From NCBI GenBank assembly GCA_030248215.1, contig JASANG010000932.1, forward strand, positions 248,001-312,000: a stretch of DNA of 64,000 nucleotides. The letters run 5' to 3'. Each line of letters starts with the position of its first letter. The first letter of the stretch is position 1. The DNA is from Enoplolaimus lenunculus. Taxonomy: Eukaryota. A program made the position numbers and the translations under genes. Below, in pieces: positions 1-12,102 of this stretch. Under the pieces are notes generated by a model that was given only the letters and a program-made list of their open reading frames with translations, searched no databases and was not told the origin of the DNA.

Positions 1-587
1 ACATGGTAACGCCTTTGATCATGCCGCACTTAACCCGAATACAAGTTGAAATAAAATTAGCGTTCAAAACTGATTAACGACAGCATTATTGTATGTGTGA
101 TTAAACGCGCAATGCATTAACTGTTACATTGTTGAAAACGCATTCAACGTAAACTTAAAGGTCGGCATATATAACTAATTGCTAGAAGCGCACGAGAATT
201 CCAAGCCGTCTGCCGTACGCTGAAAACCGTGGAGAGGAAAATTTATAACCCATTTGGTCTCTGCATATGGTTTCACGCGTCAAACAGTCAAGAAAATTTT
301 TATTTCTAACAGAATTTACATATATTTGAGCAGTAAAAATCACATGATGGCGGCTTTAACCTATATCTTAAAAAGTTACAAATCGTTTTCTCACTCTAAG
401 AAGAGATGAAAGAGTGATGAGTTTTAATTGGATTGCAAAAATTCATGCAAAATATTGCCTCTGGTAAACTATTGATACTTATTTCGACAAGTATGTACAG
501 CTATGGTTGTTTTTAAATTTTTATTTCAAAACTAGTAAATAATATGTTTTACACAACCGCAGTTTTACGTACGAAAACATTTCATCG

Positions 588-1090
588 TTATAAATAATCC
601 CTAATTTGGAACACATTTTCTACATCTTGCTTATTATAATTATACTCATTCATACAACCGCCAAACATTGTGTGCGATCCTAATGCCGCATCGTTGTCTT
701 TGCACCCATCACATATTTCTTCATAATACTCACCAAGTGCCTCAAAAACCCTGTCAGCTGTCTCCATTGTGGCCAGCTTATGAATTTTTACCCTCGCAAA
801 CTTTAGTTTTTTTCTGAACAGTCCACATTCTCTGCTAGATTGTCATTAAGATGCTTTTGTTTTAACATTTTCAATAGGTTTCGCACATCATATCCAAGTT
901 TTTCTGAAAGCACTGTCCAAAACCTATCTTCAAACTCTTTTTCGCTGCTCGTAAACATTGTCAGGCACATATCTTTTTCCATATGGGTAAAACCGGACCC
1001 CCACATTACCCCCACTGGGATAAATCCGGAACCCTTACCACCCCCACGTGGGAGTGAGGGGAGGGTAAAACCGGCATTTTTATCTACTAC
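588..1090 (-). pseudogene. Intronless frameshifted ORF relic (~165 aa) with CDGC-x9-H-x3-GGC motif, possibly virus/Maverick derived
   Basis: ORF 803-1015 continues after a frameshift in an A7 run (~807-813) as LKFARVKIHKLATMETADRVFEALGEYYEEICDGCKDNDAALGSHTMFGGCMNEY...IRDYL*, stop at 588-590. Confidence 0.45.
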
Positions 1091-2133
1091 TTACGATTCC
1101 ACCGAAGTCTAGAAATTTTTTGAAGTCCAAAAATGGACGGTGCGGGTCCGTTCTGAATACAGCTAATCTGACTGTGCAACTTTTCATCGTACTACCATAA
1201 GTTTGGTATCGCAAATGATAGGCGGTATAGGCTAAGCTGCCCAGTTCCAACCTTGTAGAAACCAGAGAATAAGATAAACCTGAAGAACTTTCTCAATATT
1301 TGGAAAAGTATTTTGTACACCCTTGTATATAAACCTGCCGAAGAACGCAATGAGTACTCCCCAAAAATCCCGTAGTGGTACGACCGGCGTTAGAATAAGA
1401 ATAGTCGGCCGCCCCAAACATGTCCGAGACAGCTTCCCAAATTAATGTTTCACAGCTTGCAGTTGGCTTGTTATCAATCGAATCGCCCATGTCAAGATCA
1501 GTGGCGAAACGTTCTTCTGTGGCACTGGAACAGAATAAGCTTAACCTTTAGACTATTTTTTTGCTTAGCTTAGGCTTAGTCTTACGCTTAGTCTTAGGCT
1601 TAGGCTTAGGCTTAGGCTTAGGAATAAGATATAATACTGTTCTGCCCCTGTTCTGTACATTGGCCAATTGAATCATATCGTCGGTTTTCCGTTGGTGAGA
1701 GGCCCCGTTTTGGTGGGAGGGCCGGAGCCCGTGCCCCCGGGACCCGCTTTAATCCGGCGCTGCATGCGAGGAATACACATGCTGTTGTGGTACGATACCG
1801 GACGACGCTGGACGATGACGTACGGGACCGGTCGTCATCAAACGTATGCCGCCGCCATTGGTTCCAACCTCCGTGACGTAATTAAAAGGGACACAATGGC
1901 ACTATTTTTGGAACCCTGAACAGTCTTCGAATGTTGATATATACAGCAATTACATTATACTAATCCTGTCACACTGCTATCATATGCGTTTTGTGCAAAA
2001 GCAACACTTGCACATTGCAAAGCAATCCATATCCTCTTGGAATCCCAGGAGCCGTACGTAGTCCTGCTCTTCCGGTTTGTACATAAGACGTCTAGATGGT
2101 TCACTATTAAGCTTAGGCTTCAGTGGATGGGTA

Positions 2134-2343
2134 CACTACAAAAAATGGTGAGTCAAATTGACTCTCGCCGAAATAGGCTCTACGGGACTGCCCAAACTGA
2201 GTCAAATTCGACTCCGCCAGAGTTAAATGCGACTCACGGGGTCGCACGTTTGACTCTGGCGGAGTCGAATTTTGATTCAGTTTGGGTAGTCCCGAAAAGC
2301 CTGTTTCGGAGAGAGTCGATTTGACTCACCATGTTTTGCTGTG
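2134..2343. mobile_element. CACTG-ended palindromic MITE family D (CMC/EnSpm-like), TA flanks
   Basis: TIR CACT(G/A)CAAAAAATGGTGAGTCAAATTGACTC. Other copies: 22288-22668 (three internal ~61-bp tandem units), 32981-33190, ~52610-52735 (partial), 57038-57238. Confidence 0.8.
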
Positions 2344-2469
2344 TAAGCCTCCATGATTAGCATTGGCCAAAAATGAATGCTGAGCAAATTTGTACCCAAG
2401 TTTGTCTTATCTGATGCTAATCGCTGGGGCGATGACTCGATTTGGTTAAGTTTTAAAGCTTTGTTTTAG

Positions 2470-5400
2470 GAACAAACCATTAATGATGGTTGTACACAGG
2501 ACGTGGTGTCACGCGTGTAAAAGTAAGTGTGGTTCAAGGACTCATTCTTAGGGTGGCGCTGTACTTTTGATGCCGTCCGACGCCGTCCGTCATCGTCCGG
2601 CGCCGTCCGTCTCCGTCCGGCGCCGTTTGTAACCGTACGTCACCTTGCGGTATCGTATACGTGATTTACTCACGTACGATACCGTATGATGACGGACGGT
2701 GATGGACGACGCCGCACGGCACTTTACGGCACCGGACGGCACTGAACGGCACCGGACGGCGCCGCACAAGTATAGCGCCACCCTTAGACAACAATTTGCA
2801 ATTGACCATGTTCTCTGGCGGAAAGAATGCAACCAGCGCTTGTTGCGTTTTGCCCTTTGCCACATTTAAAGCTATGAAGGATTAGGTTCCTAGCTAGTCT
2901 GGCTCTAGGAAACGCTGAGCAAGCCTTTGGAAAACTTTAACCGCTAGCACTGTTATCTTGATACGGGCGCGTGAATGATGCGAAAAATGAAAAGATGACG
3001 TCATGGCCGACCAATAACGTCATAAGCAGATACCAGCGAACAGCGGAATTTTGTAATTTAAGCCAAAAAGTTTACAAACTAGAATTTCAACCAAATGCCA
3101 GCTTTGATTTAAAATTAAAGTTGGTTTCACCAGATTGAAACAGAAAATTAGTCTTTTAATATTTCGTAGGAAACCCTGATATAGTTTTCAAAAACTGTTC
3201 TTTATTAAAATTCTAGGCTTGTATTCTCAAATGTGTATAGTAACTATCATCAGTTAGTAATAGATTTTTAAAGTCCCTAACTATTGCAGTTGTTGAACTT
3301 AAAATTGGTACAGTAGTAGAGCAAATTATATGCTAAAAATGTACCGAATTTGAAGCATCAGCATTCACTGGTTCAAAAGTTTTACAACAACTATCACCAA
3401 TTGGTGATAGGTGCAACACACATTTGAGAATACCGAGTCAAGTCGTCACTCTAAGCTAAAATCTAGAGCTGTATTCTTAAATGTGTGTAGCTCCTATCAT
3501 CAGTTGATGATAGATCTTGTAACTTTCGAACCAGTGCATGGTGAGCTTTGAAATTCAGCACATTTTTCGCATTTGATTTGCTCTTATTGTGTGCCTATTT
3601 TTAGATCCGTAATTGCACAAGTTCGTTAGTTCGAAAACCTATCACTAACTGGTGAGAGATATTCGCATTTGAGAATATGGGCCCTAACCTTTAATATAGG
3701 CAAAAAGCTGACTTAGATTTGCTTGCTAATTTTATTTGCTAATAACTTTTAAACATAACTTTGTTGGCCAATGTTAGTTTTAGGGCCGTAACAGTAGATT
3801 AACCGTATTCCTATTAGCCCTAAGACTAATCCTAAGCGTTGCAAAAGCATATTCCTAAGCCTAAGGCTAAAGCCTAAGCAAAAAATGTAATCTAGAATGT
3901 AAGCATATTCTTTTAAAGACCCTACACAAACTGGGACGGCTCTCAAAGTAAGCATTGGCTGCTTTGTTTTAGCTGGCAAAATTTCACATTATTTTGGCTG
4001 GTGATTTTTTTTGAGAAATGGTTAATTTTAGATTTGGCACCAAAAGTTGCAGCTTCAAAAGGAATTGAAGCACTCAGCAAACATTTTGTAATGCTCAGCA
4101 TTTCGGTAAGATTGTTCTTTGCGATTATCACAATCGACCACTACTCGCACTACCCGTAACTACAATTCTTGTAAAAACATTGAGACGAAAGGCCTAAATA
4201 TACACTGCTTAAAAATAAGTGTAAAAATATAGATGTGAAAAATGATTTTTGTTAACATTAAACAAATATTGTCTGAAATTTAAGACAATTATGTCGTTGA
4301 TACAAACTCCTGACATATACGGCTTGAATCACAGATATTAATTTGTGAAATTTTACAGCAAATGATTGGTTTGACATTTTTTCCGACTTCAAAGTTTGAA
4401 ATGAAAGATTATTTCACGAACGATTAAAGGCAAATATTTCTGAAATGTAAAAACAAATATCTTGTGGAGCAGCAGCGAGAAAGATTTTGGCATTTGGCGG
4501 AAGGTAAACGACTTATCTGGTTTTAGGGCGATCAAGAACCTTGGCAAGACGAATACAAACCTGGCGGAATCACATATGTTCCACGAGTCCATTTTATAGG
4601 TAAAGAATTAAATACGATGGCAAATATTTTGCTTGAAAAAATAATGTTCGGAATTAACATTTATGATATTTTCGATTAGCCAAACTGGCCAATGTATAGA
4701 ACTGTTCTTCTATACATTAACCAGTTAGTTAATCGAAAATGTCAAAAGTGTTGATTTCATGTTAGTAACAGTAGTATAAGCATATTCCTAAGCCTAAGCC
4801 CAAGCGTACGAATGAGCTTATTCCTAAGCGTAAGCCTAAGCAAAAAAATATTGGCCAGTTTTCCTAATCGAAAACGTCAAAAAAGTTGATTTCATGTTAG
4901 TAACAGTAGTATAAGCATATTCCTAAGCCTAAGCCTAAGCGTACGAATGAGCTTATTCCTTAGCGTAAACCTAAGCAAAAAAATATTGGCCAGTTTTCCT
5001 AATCGAAAACGTCAAAAAAGTTGATTTCATGTTAGTAACAGTAGTATAAGCATATTCCTAAGCCTAAGCCTAAGTGTACGAATGAGCTTATTCCTAAGTG
5101 TAAGCCTAAGCAAAAAAATATTGGCCAGTTTTCCTAATCGAAAACGTCAAAAATCTTGATTTCATGTTAGTAACAATAGTATAAGCATATTCCTAAGCCT
5201 AAGCCTCAGCGTACGAATGAGCTTATTCCTTAGCGTAAACCTAAGCAAAAAAATATTGGCCAGTTTTCCTAATCGAAAACGTCAAAAAAGTTGATTTCAT
5301 GTCAGTAACAGTAGTATAAGCATATTCCTAAGCCTAAGCCTAAGTGTACGAATGAGCTTATTCCTAAGTGTAAGCCTAAGCAAAAAAATATTGGCCAGTT

Positions 5401-7696
5401 TTCCTAATCGAAAACGTCAAAAATGTTGATTTCATGTTAGTAACAATAGTATAAGCATATTCCTAAGCCTAAGCCTAAACGTACGAATGAGCTTATTTCT
5501 AAGTGTAAGCCTAAGCAAAAAATATATCTAAACCTTAAGCTTACTCTATGGCAGTCCCGTAGAAACACGTTCCGCCCCTGATGTTTATATGAACCGCTAA
5601 ACTTAATCCTTTCTCGCACGAATACTTTCTGTTTCATCGCTGATCGGGCCGATAATTTTAGGCCAAAGTTTGATAAATCCTGAAGCTCTCGCTATGAATG
5701 CGGTTACCATCACCGTTTCTTTATACACAAAGGCTAATAGCGTTTGTCAAACGGTATGGACCTCAATCCGCTGCTGTTCGCCTCAGAATCGTCCAGTTTA
5801 AGAATACTTTTATATTTAAGCTTCTCATGATCTCACCTGATCATTTCACATACCAATTTAAAATTTAAAAATATTTGTTTTGCAATAGGGACATTTTTAA
5901 TTGGGACAGACATTCATATGGTTGAAGTTGTAAATGGATCGCTAGTATACAGACTTATACCGTGTGTCACAACTTGGCAACCCCACATATGGTGGCCCTA
6001 TACTTTTGATGACGTCTGGTGTCGTCCGTTACCGTTAATCAACGTCCGTTGCCGTCAGATGCCGTCCGTCACCGTCCGTCGCCGTCCGACGCCGTCCGTC
6101 ACCGTCCGTTGCCGTCCAAGTAACGTTGTTCTTTTGATGACGTCCGGCTCAGTCTGTTACTGTTCGACGCCGCTCGACGCCGTCCATCACCGCACGTCAC
6201 AGTGCGGTATCGTACGTCAATCACTCACGTACGGTACCGTATGCTGACCAACGGCGACGGACGGCCACGCACGGCACCGCACAACACATATAGCGCCACC
6301 CTTAGGGCTTCGCTATACTTGACGTCCAGCGCCGTCCGGTGCTGTCCGTCACCGCCTGTCACCCGTACGGCGCTGTCTGTCGCCGTCCGTCACCATAAGT
6401 TATCGTACTTGAGTTATTTGCGTACGATACGGCACAGGTGGCGTAAGACCACACACGGTGACGGACGACGCCGTACGGGTGACGGACGACGCCGTACGGG
6501 TGACGGACGACGCCCTACGGGTGACGGGCGGCGCCCTACGGCTGACGGACGACGCCCTACGGGTGACGGACGACGCCGTACGGGTGACGGACGACGCCCT
6601 ACGGGTGACGGACGGCGCCGGACGGTACAGTGCGGATGACGGACGGCGCCGCATGTCAAAAAAAGTATAGCGCCACCCTTAGCCTTAATGAATATGTATC
6701 TTAAGGAAGATTTAAAACTGTTTTTATAAATTTTAATTTTAGAACCAAACGGAAAACTAATTCCAGATATCATCAACGACGATAAAACATACGCGGAAAA
6801 TTTCAAATATTTCTTCGCTCGAACAAGTCAAAGTAAGCTTGACATTGAGGCATATTCAACGGAAACCAAGCCCTAGCACAAGGCCCCCTGTGAGTTACTC
6901 AGCTTCTACCGTCGAAGAAACGTTTCCGTCGTTCCTAGAAAACTGCAAATTCTCCTTGTAAACGATCACAATTTGAACACTTTTTGAGAGTTCCGACATC
7001 TGCCGGACGCTGTCGGGCGCCTCCGCATGCTGCCGCGACCCGCCGGACGTCGTTGGACGATGCCGAGTGCCGGCGTACGCCACTATTCTGTTGCTAACCA
7101 AAATATTGGCAAAGTTTTGTTTGTGACGCGCAGAGGCGAGTAAAATGGTGCGACTCTTTACACAGCTGAGGGGTGAGAATGTTGCATCAAGCGGCCAATG
7201 TAAAAAACATGGGCTGAACAAGCATATTCCTAAGCCTAAACCTAAGCCTACGCCTAAAAGTTAAGAATAAGCATATTCAACCTAAGCCTAAGCCTAAGCA
7301 TAAGAATGAGCATATTCCTAAGCCTAAGCCTAAGCCTGAGCCTAAACTTAAGAATGAGCATATTCCTAAGCCTAATCCTAAGCCTAAGCCTAAACTTAAG
7401 AATGAGCGTTTTCCTAAGCCTAAGCCTAAGCCTAAGCCAAGCAAAAAATGAGTCTAAAATTAAGCGTAGGTATACACTTTTCTAGTCCCACAAAAAAACG
7501 TTCCGCCCCTGATTTTAACATAAGCCCATCAAGCAAAAACGACAAAATAAAAAATATATTAAATATTTTAGTTGTAAAAGTGATGAAAGACGTTTTGAAA
7601 CGATTTGGCGTTGAAAATGTGAACGAAATTGCAGATGAAGCTAAAGAAGCCGATTCTGTCGAACAGAAAAATGTTTACGAAAAACGGGAATTATAA
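2470..7696 (+). CDS. TXNDC12: ER thioredoxin-domain protein, TXNDC12/ERp18 (AGR family)-like; 5'-partial, 5 exons
   Basis: Exons 2470-2522, 4032-4105, 4527-4599, 6743-6832, 7572-7696, all AG/GT bounded with compatible phases. Spliced product: NKPLMMVVHRTWCHACKNLAPKVAASKGIEALSKHFVMLSISGDQEPWQDEYKPGGITYVPRVHFIEPNGKLIPDIINDDKTYAENFKYFFARTSQIVKVMKDVLKRFG...YEKREL*. It is collinear with ERp18 motifs (LMVIIHKSWCGACK, HNFVMV, GYIPRILF, YKYFY) and ends in a KDEL-like signal. The signal-peptide exon(s) were not found in the window. Confidence 0.9.
2551..2783. mobile_element. GC-rich PIF/Harbinger-like MITE family G
   Basis: TIR GGGTGGCGCT(A/G)TACTT with a perfect TTA TSD (2548-2550 / 2784-2786) and internal GCCGTCC repeats. 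Relics at ~1780-1910, ~6990-7086 and ~48775-48882. Confidence 0.85.
3215..3684. mobile_element. Two adjacent copies of MITE family E (Harbinger-like GGGCCC termini)
   Basis: TIR GGGCCC(A/G)TATTCTCAAATG(T/C)G..TAGCACCTATCA. Copies at 3215-3437 and 3467-3684; others at 12074-12890, 25540-25762 and 39622-39845. Confidence 0.75.
4687..5596. repeat. ~135-bp tandem array (~6 units) inside a TTAGGC-bearing MITE
   Basis: TTGGCCAGTTTTCC recurs at 4851, 4987, 5121, 5256 and 5391. The array is bounded by GGCCAATGTATAGAAC and CCGCCCCTGAT..AACC MITE ends. Confidence 0.9.
5990..6678. mobile_element. Two tandem family G MITEs; the second contains a 21-bp minisatellite
   Basis: Copies 5990-6301 and 6305-6678 are separated and followed by TTA. 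(GGTGACGGACGACGCC(G/C)TACG)n spans ~6457-6620. Confidence 0.85.
7193..7526 (-). mobile_element. TTAGGC-bearing MITE family A (GGCC termini, 8-bp TSD; Merlin-like)
   Basis: Perfect TSD CATCAAGC (7185-7192 / 7527-7534); consensus TIR GGCC(C/A)ATGTAAAGA(T/A)CAGGGGCGGAAC; internal (CCTAAG)n blocks. Confidence 0.9.
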
Positions 7697-8397
7697 TTTT
7701 CGGTTTAATAGTTTAGTCCGGCGTTGTTGTGTATTAAAATTGCGTCCGTATTTTTAAATATTTTTAAATGTTTAACCCACAAACCATGCGGGTGGTACAG
7801 GACAAATAACCCACTTCAAATTATAGTCGAACACCATTTATGACCAATGATACTTTGAAAGCCTTGACATTGTCTTTGGTCAATGTTTACTTTAAGGGGC
7901 GTAACAGTAGTATAAGCATATTTCAAAGCCAAAAGCGAAACTTAAACCCCAGCGTAAGGATAAGTCTATTACTAAGCCTAAATCCAAGCCTAAGCCTAAA
8001 CAGAAACTTCGTCTAAAGCTTAGTTTCAGGTGCGTAGCCAACTCACCTTGCTAGTGGGTAAACATCTTTGAGGACGGGATATAAAAGGGTTAAGGTTAAA
8101 ATTATTCCAGAGGGTCCAGCTACCCGTGGTACCCCTATGGCTATTGTTTAAAGGACACAAATTTAAAAGCTACTAAACAAGAGTCAAAAATGTTGAATTC
8201 AAATTTCAACTCGCGGTTGCATCTCGGAACCAATGGGAGTTTTGCAAAATGATACAAAGGTGAGTTGATTTCGACTGAATTAAAATACGTTTGTGCAATT
8301 TTGTTTTGTTATGTTTGTATTTCGTAAAATAAATTAATATTTTACGCGTAAAAATTACTCAAAATGTGTGATGATTACAAGTACTTCAGTTTGTCAC

Positions 8398-8629
8398 CAG
8401 GGTACAACCGGAAATCGACCTACGGCTCTGGTTTCGGCAAAAAATCGGCCTCCGGCTCCTGTAGAATTTTTGCAATTTCGGCCGTAAAATTTTGCATAAT
8501 TTTGCAAAATTGATCTGTTTAGGGACAACTTAACAAAATATTGCAGATTTTCGCCTCACCTCCGGCTCCGGCTGTGACAAGTTTCGTTGACTTCCGGCTC
8601 CGGTATTTTTCATCTCCGGTTGCACCCTG
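8398..8629. mobile_element. hAT-like MITE family I
   Basis: TIR CAGGGT(G/A)CAACCGGA. Near-perfect 8-bp TSDs in sister copies 15416-15837 (CTAAGTAG/CTAAGTGG) and 59954-60283 (ATAAAAAC/ATAAAAAG). Related copies at ~16780-17075 and 57242-57636. Confidence 0.8.
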
Positions 8630-9290
8630 TGTGTCAGGTATTTTAGTAATTAAGAAATTGTTTTTGAATGCTTCTGGTTAAAAATTTGAGCCAATGTTAA
8701 TTATTTACAAACCTGTCTACTGTGAAACTGACTTATATGCTGAAAAACTTGGTTTAGGTTAATGTTTAGACTTTGAGACTTTAGGTTTACGCTTAATTTT
8801 AAGGGTTTAAGCTTAGTAGGCAGTCCGCTAACATGGACCAAAGATGTGCATGAAACAACAGGAGGGTCAATTTTTTATATTCTTCGACAGATTTAAATAA
8901 AATTTAGTTAAAATTTTAAATTTCTCAAAAAAAAACATCAAACTTTCCGCGTTTTCAAATCAAAGAATTACGTGCCGAAATAATTGCGCTGTATCGACCA
9001 ATTAAATTTCACATCAAATATTAATTTAAGATATCAGAAAATTGACAAAAGTATACGAATTTCTCACAGTGAAATTGTAATATTTTTGCTCGTATGCGAA
9101 AGTCACCATTTACCATATGTTACTGTTTTCGTAAAAGATTATGTTAATTTTGCACCTGCCTCACATGTAGCAAAGGTATAATCAATTTGTGTATCGGCAT
9201 ACTTGGTACTAAAGCCCATTGTAAAGATCAGGAACGGAACGTTTTTCTGTGGAACTTCAATAAAGTATTAACTTTAAGCTTTAGACTAAC

Positions 9291-9990
9291 CTGTCGTAGC
9301 GGGACTACATTTATTGAGCGAAGCTCGAACACACGTAAGCAATTAAGGTAATATGCAAAATAGTTGTTAGCTAACTATTCATTTGTCGGTTTTGGAGGTT
9401 TGTAAGCAATTTTCTCAAATTGCTCGCAACCAAAAACCCTTCAGCCACCCTAATAATTTTTGGAATAATTTAAAAAGTCCTAATTTTGTCTTGTCAATTA
9501 AGCTAAATATTGGATGTTTGTAAACTATTTATTCAAATTCCTCTCACCTAAAAACCCTTTAGTGCTGAAATTATATTGCTTTTAGCCTTAATAATTAGCG
9601 AAATATTGTAAAAAGTCCTAATTTAGGCTTTAAACTATGCTAATATGCAAATTATCTATTAGCTAGCTGCTCAAGTATCGGTTTTGGAGGTTTGTAAACA
9701 GTCTGCGCAGATTTATCGCACCCAAAAATCCTTTAATGCTAAAATTAGATTGCTTCTAACTGTAATAATTAGTGAAATATTGTGGAAAGTCCTAATATAG
9801 GCTTAATTAATTATGCAAATAAACCTGTAGCTAATAAACGGCTTAAAATTTTAAAACCCCAATGCGTGGTTAACACTCCAGGATAATTGGCTTTCAAACA
9901 AAAGTTTATTAAAATCGGTTCAGCCGTTCTTGAGATTCTTTTCGGACGGACAGACGGACCTTCGCGAAACTCCGAGCTTCGCTCAATAAA
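9291..9990 (-). mobile_element. Helentron-associated non-autonomous element (HINE/DINE-1-like)
   Basis: Perfect 18-bp inverted repeat TTTATTGAGCGAAGCTCG (9310-9327 / 9973-9990), a GTCY microsatellite near the 9990 end, internal direct repeats and a small hairpin (GTAG-cggga-CTAC) beyond the other inverted repeat. Confidence 0.65.
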
Positions 9991-10242
9991 CTTCTAAAAA
10001 ATGTTATTGAAATTCTTCTTATAATTACTGGTCAAGGGGATAAATTAAATCCGACCGCCCTCTGAACTCCTGCTGCTGACGTCACAGCTTTTAATTAGTG
10101 TAAGTATTAAACACGATCCCAGGGGGGGAGGGTTGCCACTTACTGGAGTCAAATTTCAACTTTTAATTGTTCAATTGAAAATTAAGTCAAGTGAAAATAA
10201 TTTTTCGTTTTCTTTGAGTTCAATTTTAGAATTGCACCATTG

Positions 10243-10410
10243 CGGACCCGTAGTCAAGGGGTGGGCTAGAGGTCTCAGCCCCCCCTGGCAAAATTTCGGC
10301 CCAACCTACAAAATTTTCAACCTTGCTTGCAAGCCATTAAAAACCCTTGAATGCCCCGCCTGAAAAAATTTTAAGCCCCCCCCTAGCAAGATGAGCTGGT
10401 TACGGACCGG
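10243..10410. mobile_element. Short GC-rich MITE family H
   Basis: Ends GG(A/C)CCGTAG(T/C)CA...TGG(C/T)TACGG(A/G)CC. Copies or fragments at ~8028-8143, ~15990-16095, 19660-19925, ~36480-36530, 41308-41472 and 52414-52572. Confidence 0.65.
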
Positions 10411-10969
10411 CACTATAGTGTTATCACTTTAAATTACGCGTTTCAAAGAAGGTAAGTAAGCGAACTATTAACGCGACATTCAAATACAGTAATTTAAATT
10501 CTTTTCCTTGTCTTGTCTCTGGTCGGCCCAATACTGTTATATGGTCGTCCTGTTTAAAGTTGGACAGCTCATATTTTATTTTTGCTTTGGCTTACGTTTG
10601 CACTTTTTTTCACCGATTACACGCTTAGGTTTAGGAATACGCTTAATCTACTGTTACGGCCGTCAAACAGTCACCATTACATGTATTAACACCAGGTGGC
10701 TGACGTGTGTTTTCTAAAATGACAACATTTCTTATATTTAAGAATTCGTCAATTTTCACTCGAATGAGCGTGAGAAAATGTGTGGAATCTTGAAGGGCAA
10801 ACGCAATTCATTATTATTTGTAATCAAAGTTGAAATAAAAGTAAATAAGCGTTGAAATTTAAGTTGCTTATAAAAGTGATTTCATTTAAATAAAATTTGA
10901 AACAGAAGTTAATATTGGCAAGATTTGAAATTTTCTTAAAATACAACCATGTCAAGTGTTCGTTATGGT

Positions 10970-11133
10970 GGACCATGTATAAAACAGGGCCGGATCGTTT
11001 TACGGAGGGGCTATAATAGAGTCAGTTTAAGCTTTAAACTATTTTTTGCTTAGGCTTAGGAATAGGCTCATCCATACGCTTAGGCTTAGGAATATGCTTT
11101 ACTACTACTCCGACCCTGCTCTATACATGGGCC
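10970..11133 (+). mobile_element. TTAGGC-bearing MITE family A variant
   Basis: Perfect 8-bp TSD GTTATGGT (10962-10969 / 11134-11141); TIR GG(A/C)CCATGTATA(A/G)A.CAGGG.CGG. Confidence 0.9.
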
Positions 11134-11149
11134 GTTATGGTTATGCTGC

Positions 11150-11596
11150 TTGTTCATTACTTTAGGGGCGTCCAAGTTTCTGGTGGGTCTGTAAAAGAAT
11201 AGTGTTAGATTCTAGATTACATTTTTTTTGCTTAGGCTTATGCTTAATAGACTATAAGTTGCAGTGAGTTGATTTTAACTCAGAATGAGTTGAATTCACT
11301 CATTGGTCTGAGCTCTGAATTAGGTCTTTCACAACTCAGAAATGTGAACAGTATGAACTCATTCTGAGTTAATTAGTCAACTAAACCAGAGTTATGTCAG
11401 CTCAAAGTGTGTTAATATTTACAGTCATTAACTCAGAAATAACCAGAAATAACTAATTCTCTCTCTGAGTTCATTAATTAACTCATTGGAATTTACAGAG
11501 TAGGCTTATGAACACATTTTGCAATACTCAGACTTAGGTTTAGATTTAGAAATACGCTTAATCTACTGTTACGCCCCTAAAAGCAGTACATTGGCT
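11150..11596 (+). mobile_element. Family B TTAGGC MITE interrupted by a family C MITE (~11250-11500)
   Basis: Family B ends TTACTTTAGGGGCGTCC...ACGCCCCTAAAAG..CATTGGC enclose a GAGTTGA-rich family C body. Confidence 0.75.
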
Positions 11597-12102
11597 CGTA
11601 TGGTGGTATTAACTCTGTATAATTTTGTTTCACTGTGAGTCTCCGGCCTCGGCAAAATTTGTTCACAATTGGCAACGGATTTAGGGCAAGCGCAGTCTAA
11701 AACCGGGCTACCTCCGCCCAGCCACGTCCCTGGCTCAACTAGTGCTTACGCTTTACCAGAATGCTACTATAAAATACTCAAATTAGGTTCTAGAAACCTA
11801 AACACGCTTCCGTTAGGCAAGTCAACTGGGCCAGGTTTCTAAAGACTTCGATTTAGATCATTGCTCATATTAATTCTATTTTTAGAACCTACATTTAGCG
11901 TTTTTACTTGTAGCTTTAGTTGGTTCAGAAAGAAATCTGGTTACCTTGGTATTATCGAACCAGTTTCTGGTTGTTTAAGCTATAGTTTAAGGTGCATTAT
12001 TTTGACTTTGAAGTAAAATTGAAACGCAGTAGGCAATTATAATCACCGAATATCGCGTTAAGAGTTATATTCTGAGCTCGTATTCTCAAATGTGTGTAGC
12101 AC

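Noticed and set aside
2377..2469. Short frame MLSK..NRWGDDSIWLSF resembling the AGR 'GWGD.I.W' motif just before the first TXNDC12 exon
   Set aside because: It ends in TAG at the acceptor, has no signal peptide and would need a ~25-nt intron that deletes a conserved helix. Probably chance, though cDNA would settle it.
6202..6806. Arg/Gly-rich ORFs on both strands
   Set aside because: Derived from the 21-bp minisatellite of a family G MITE; only 6743-6832 is a real exon.
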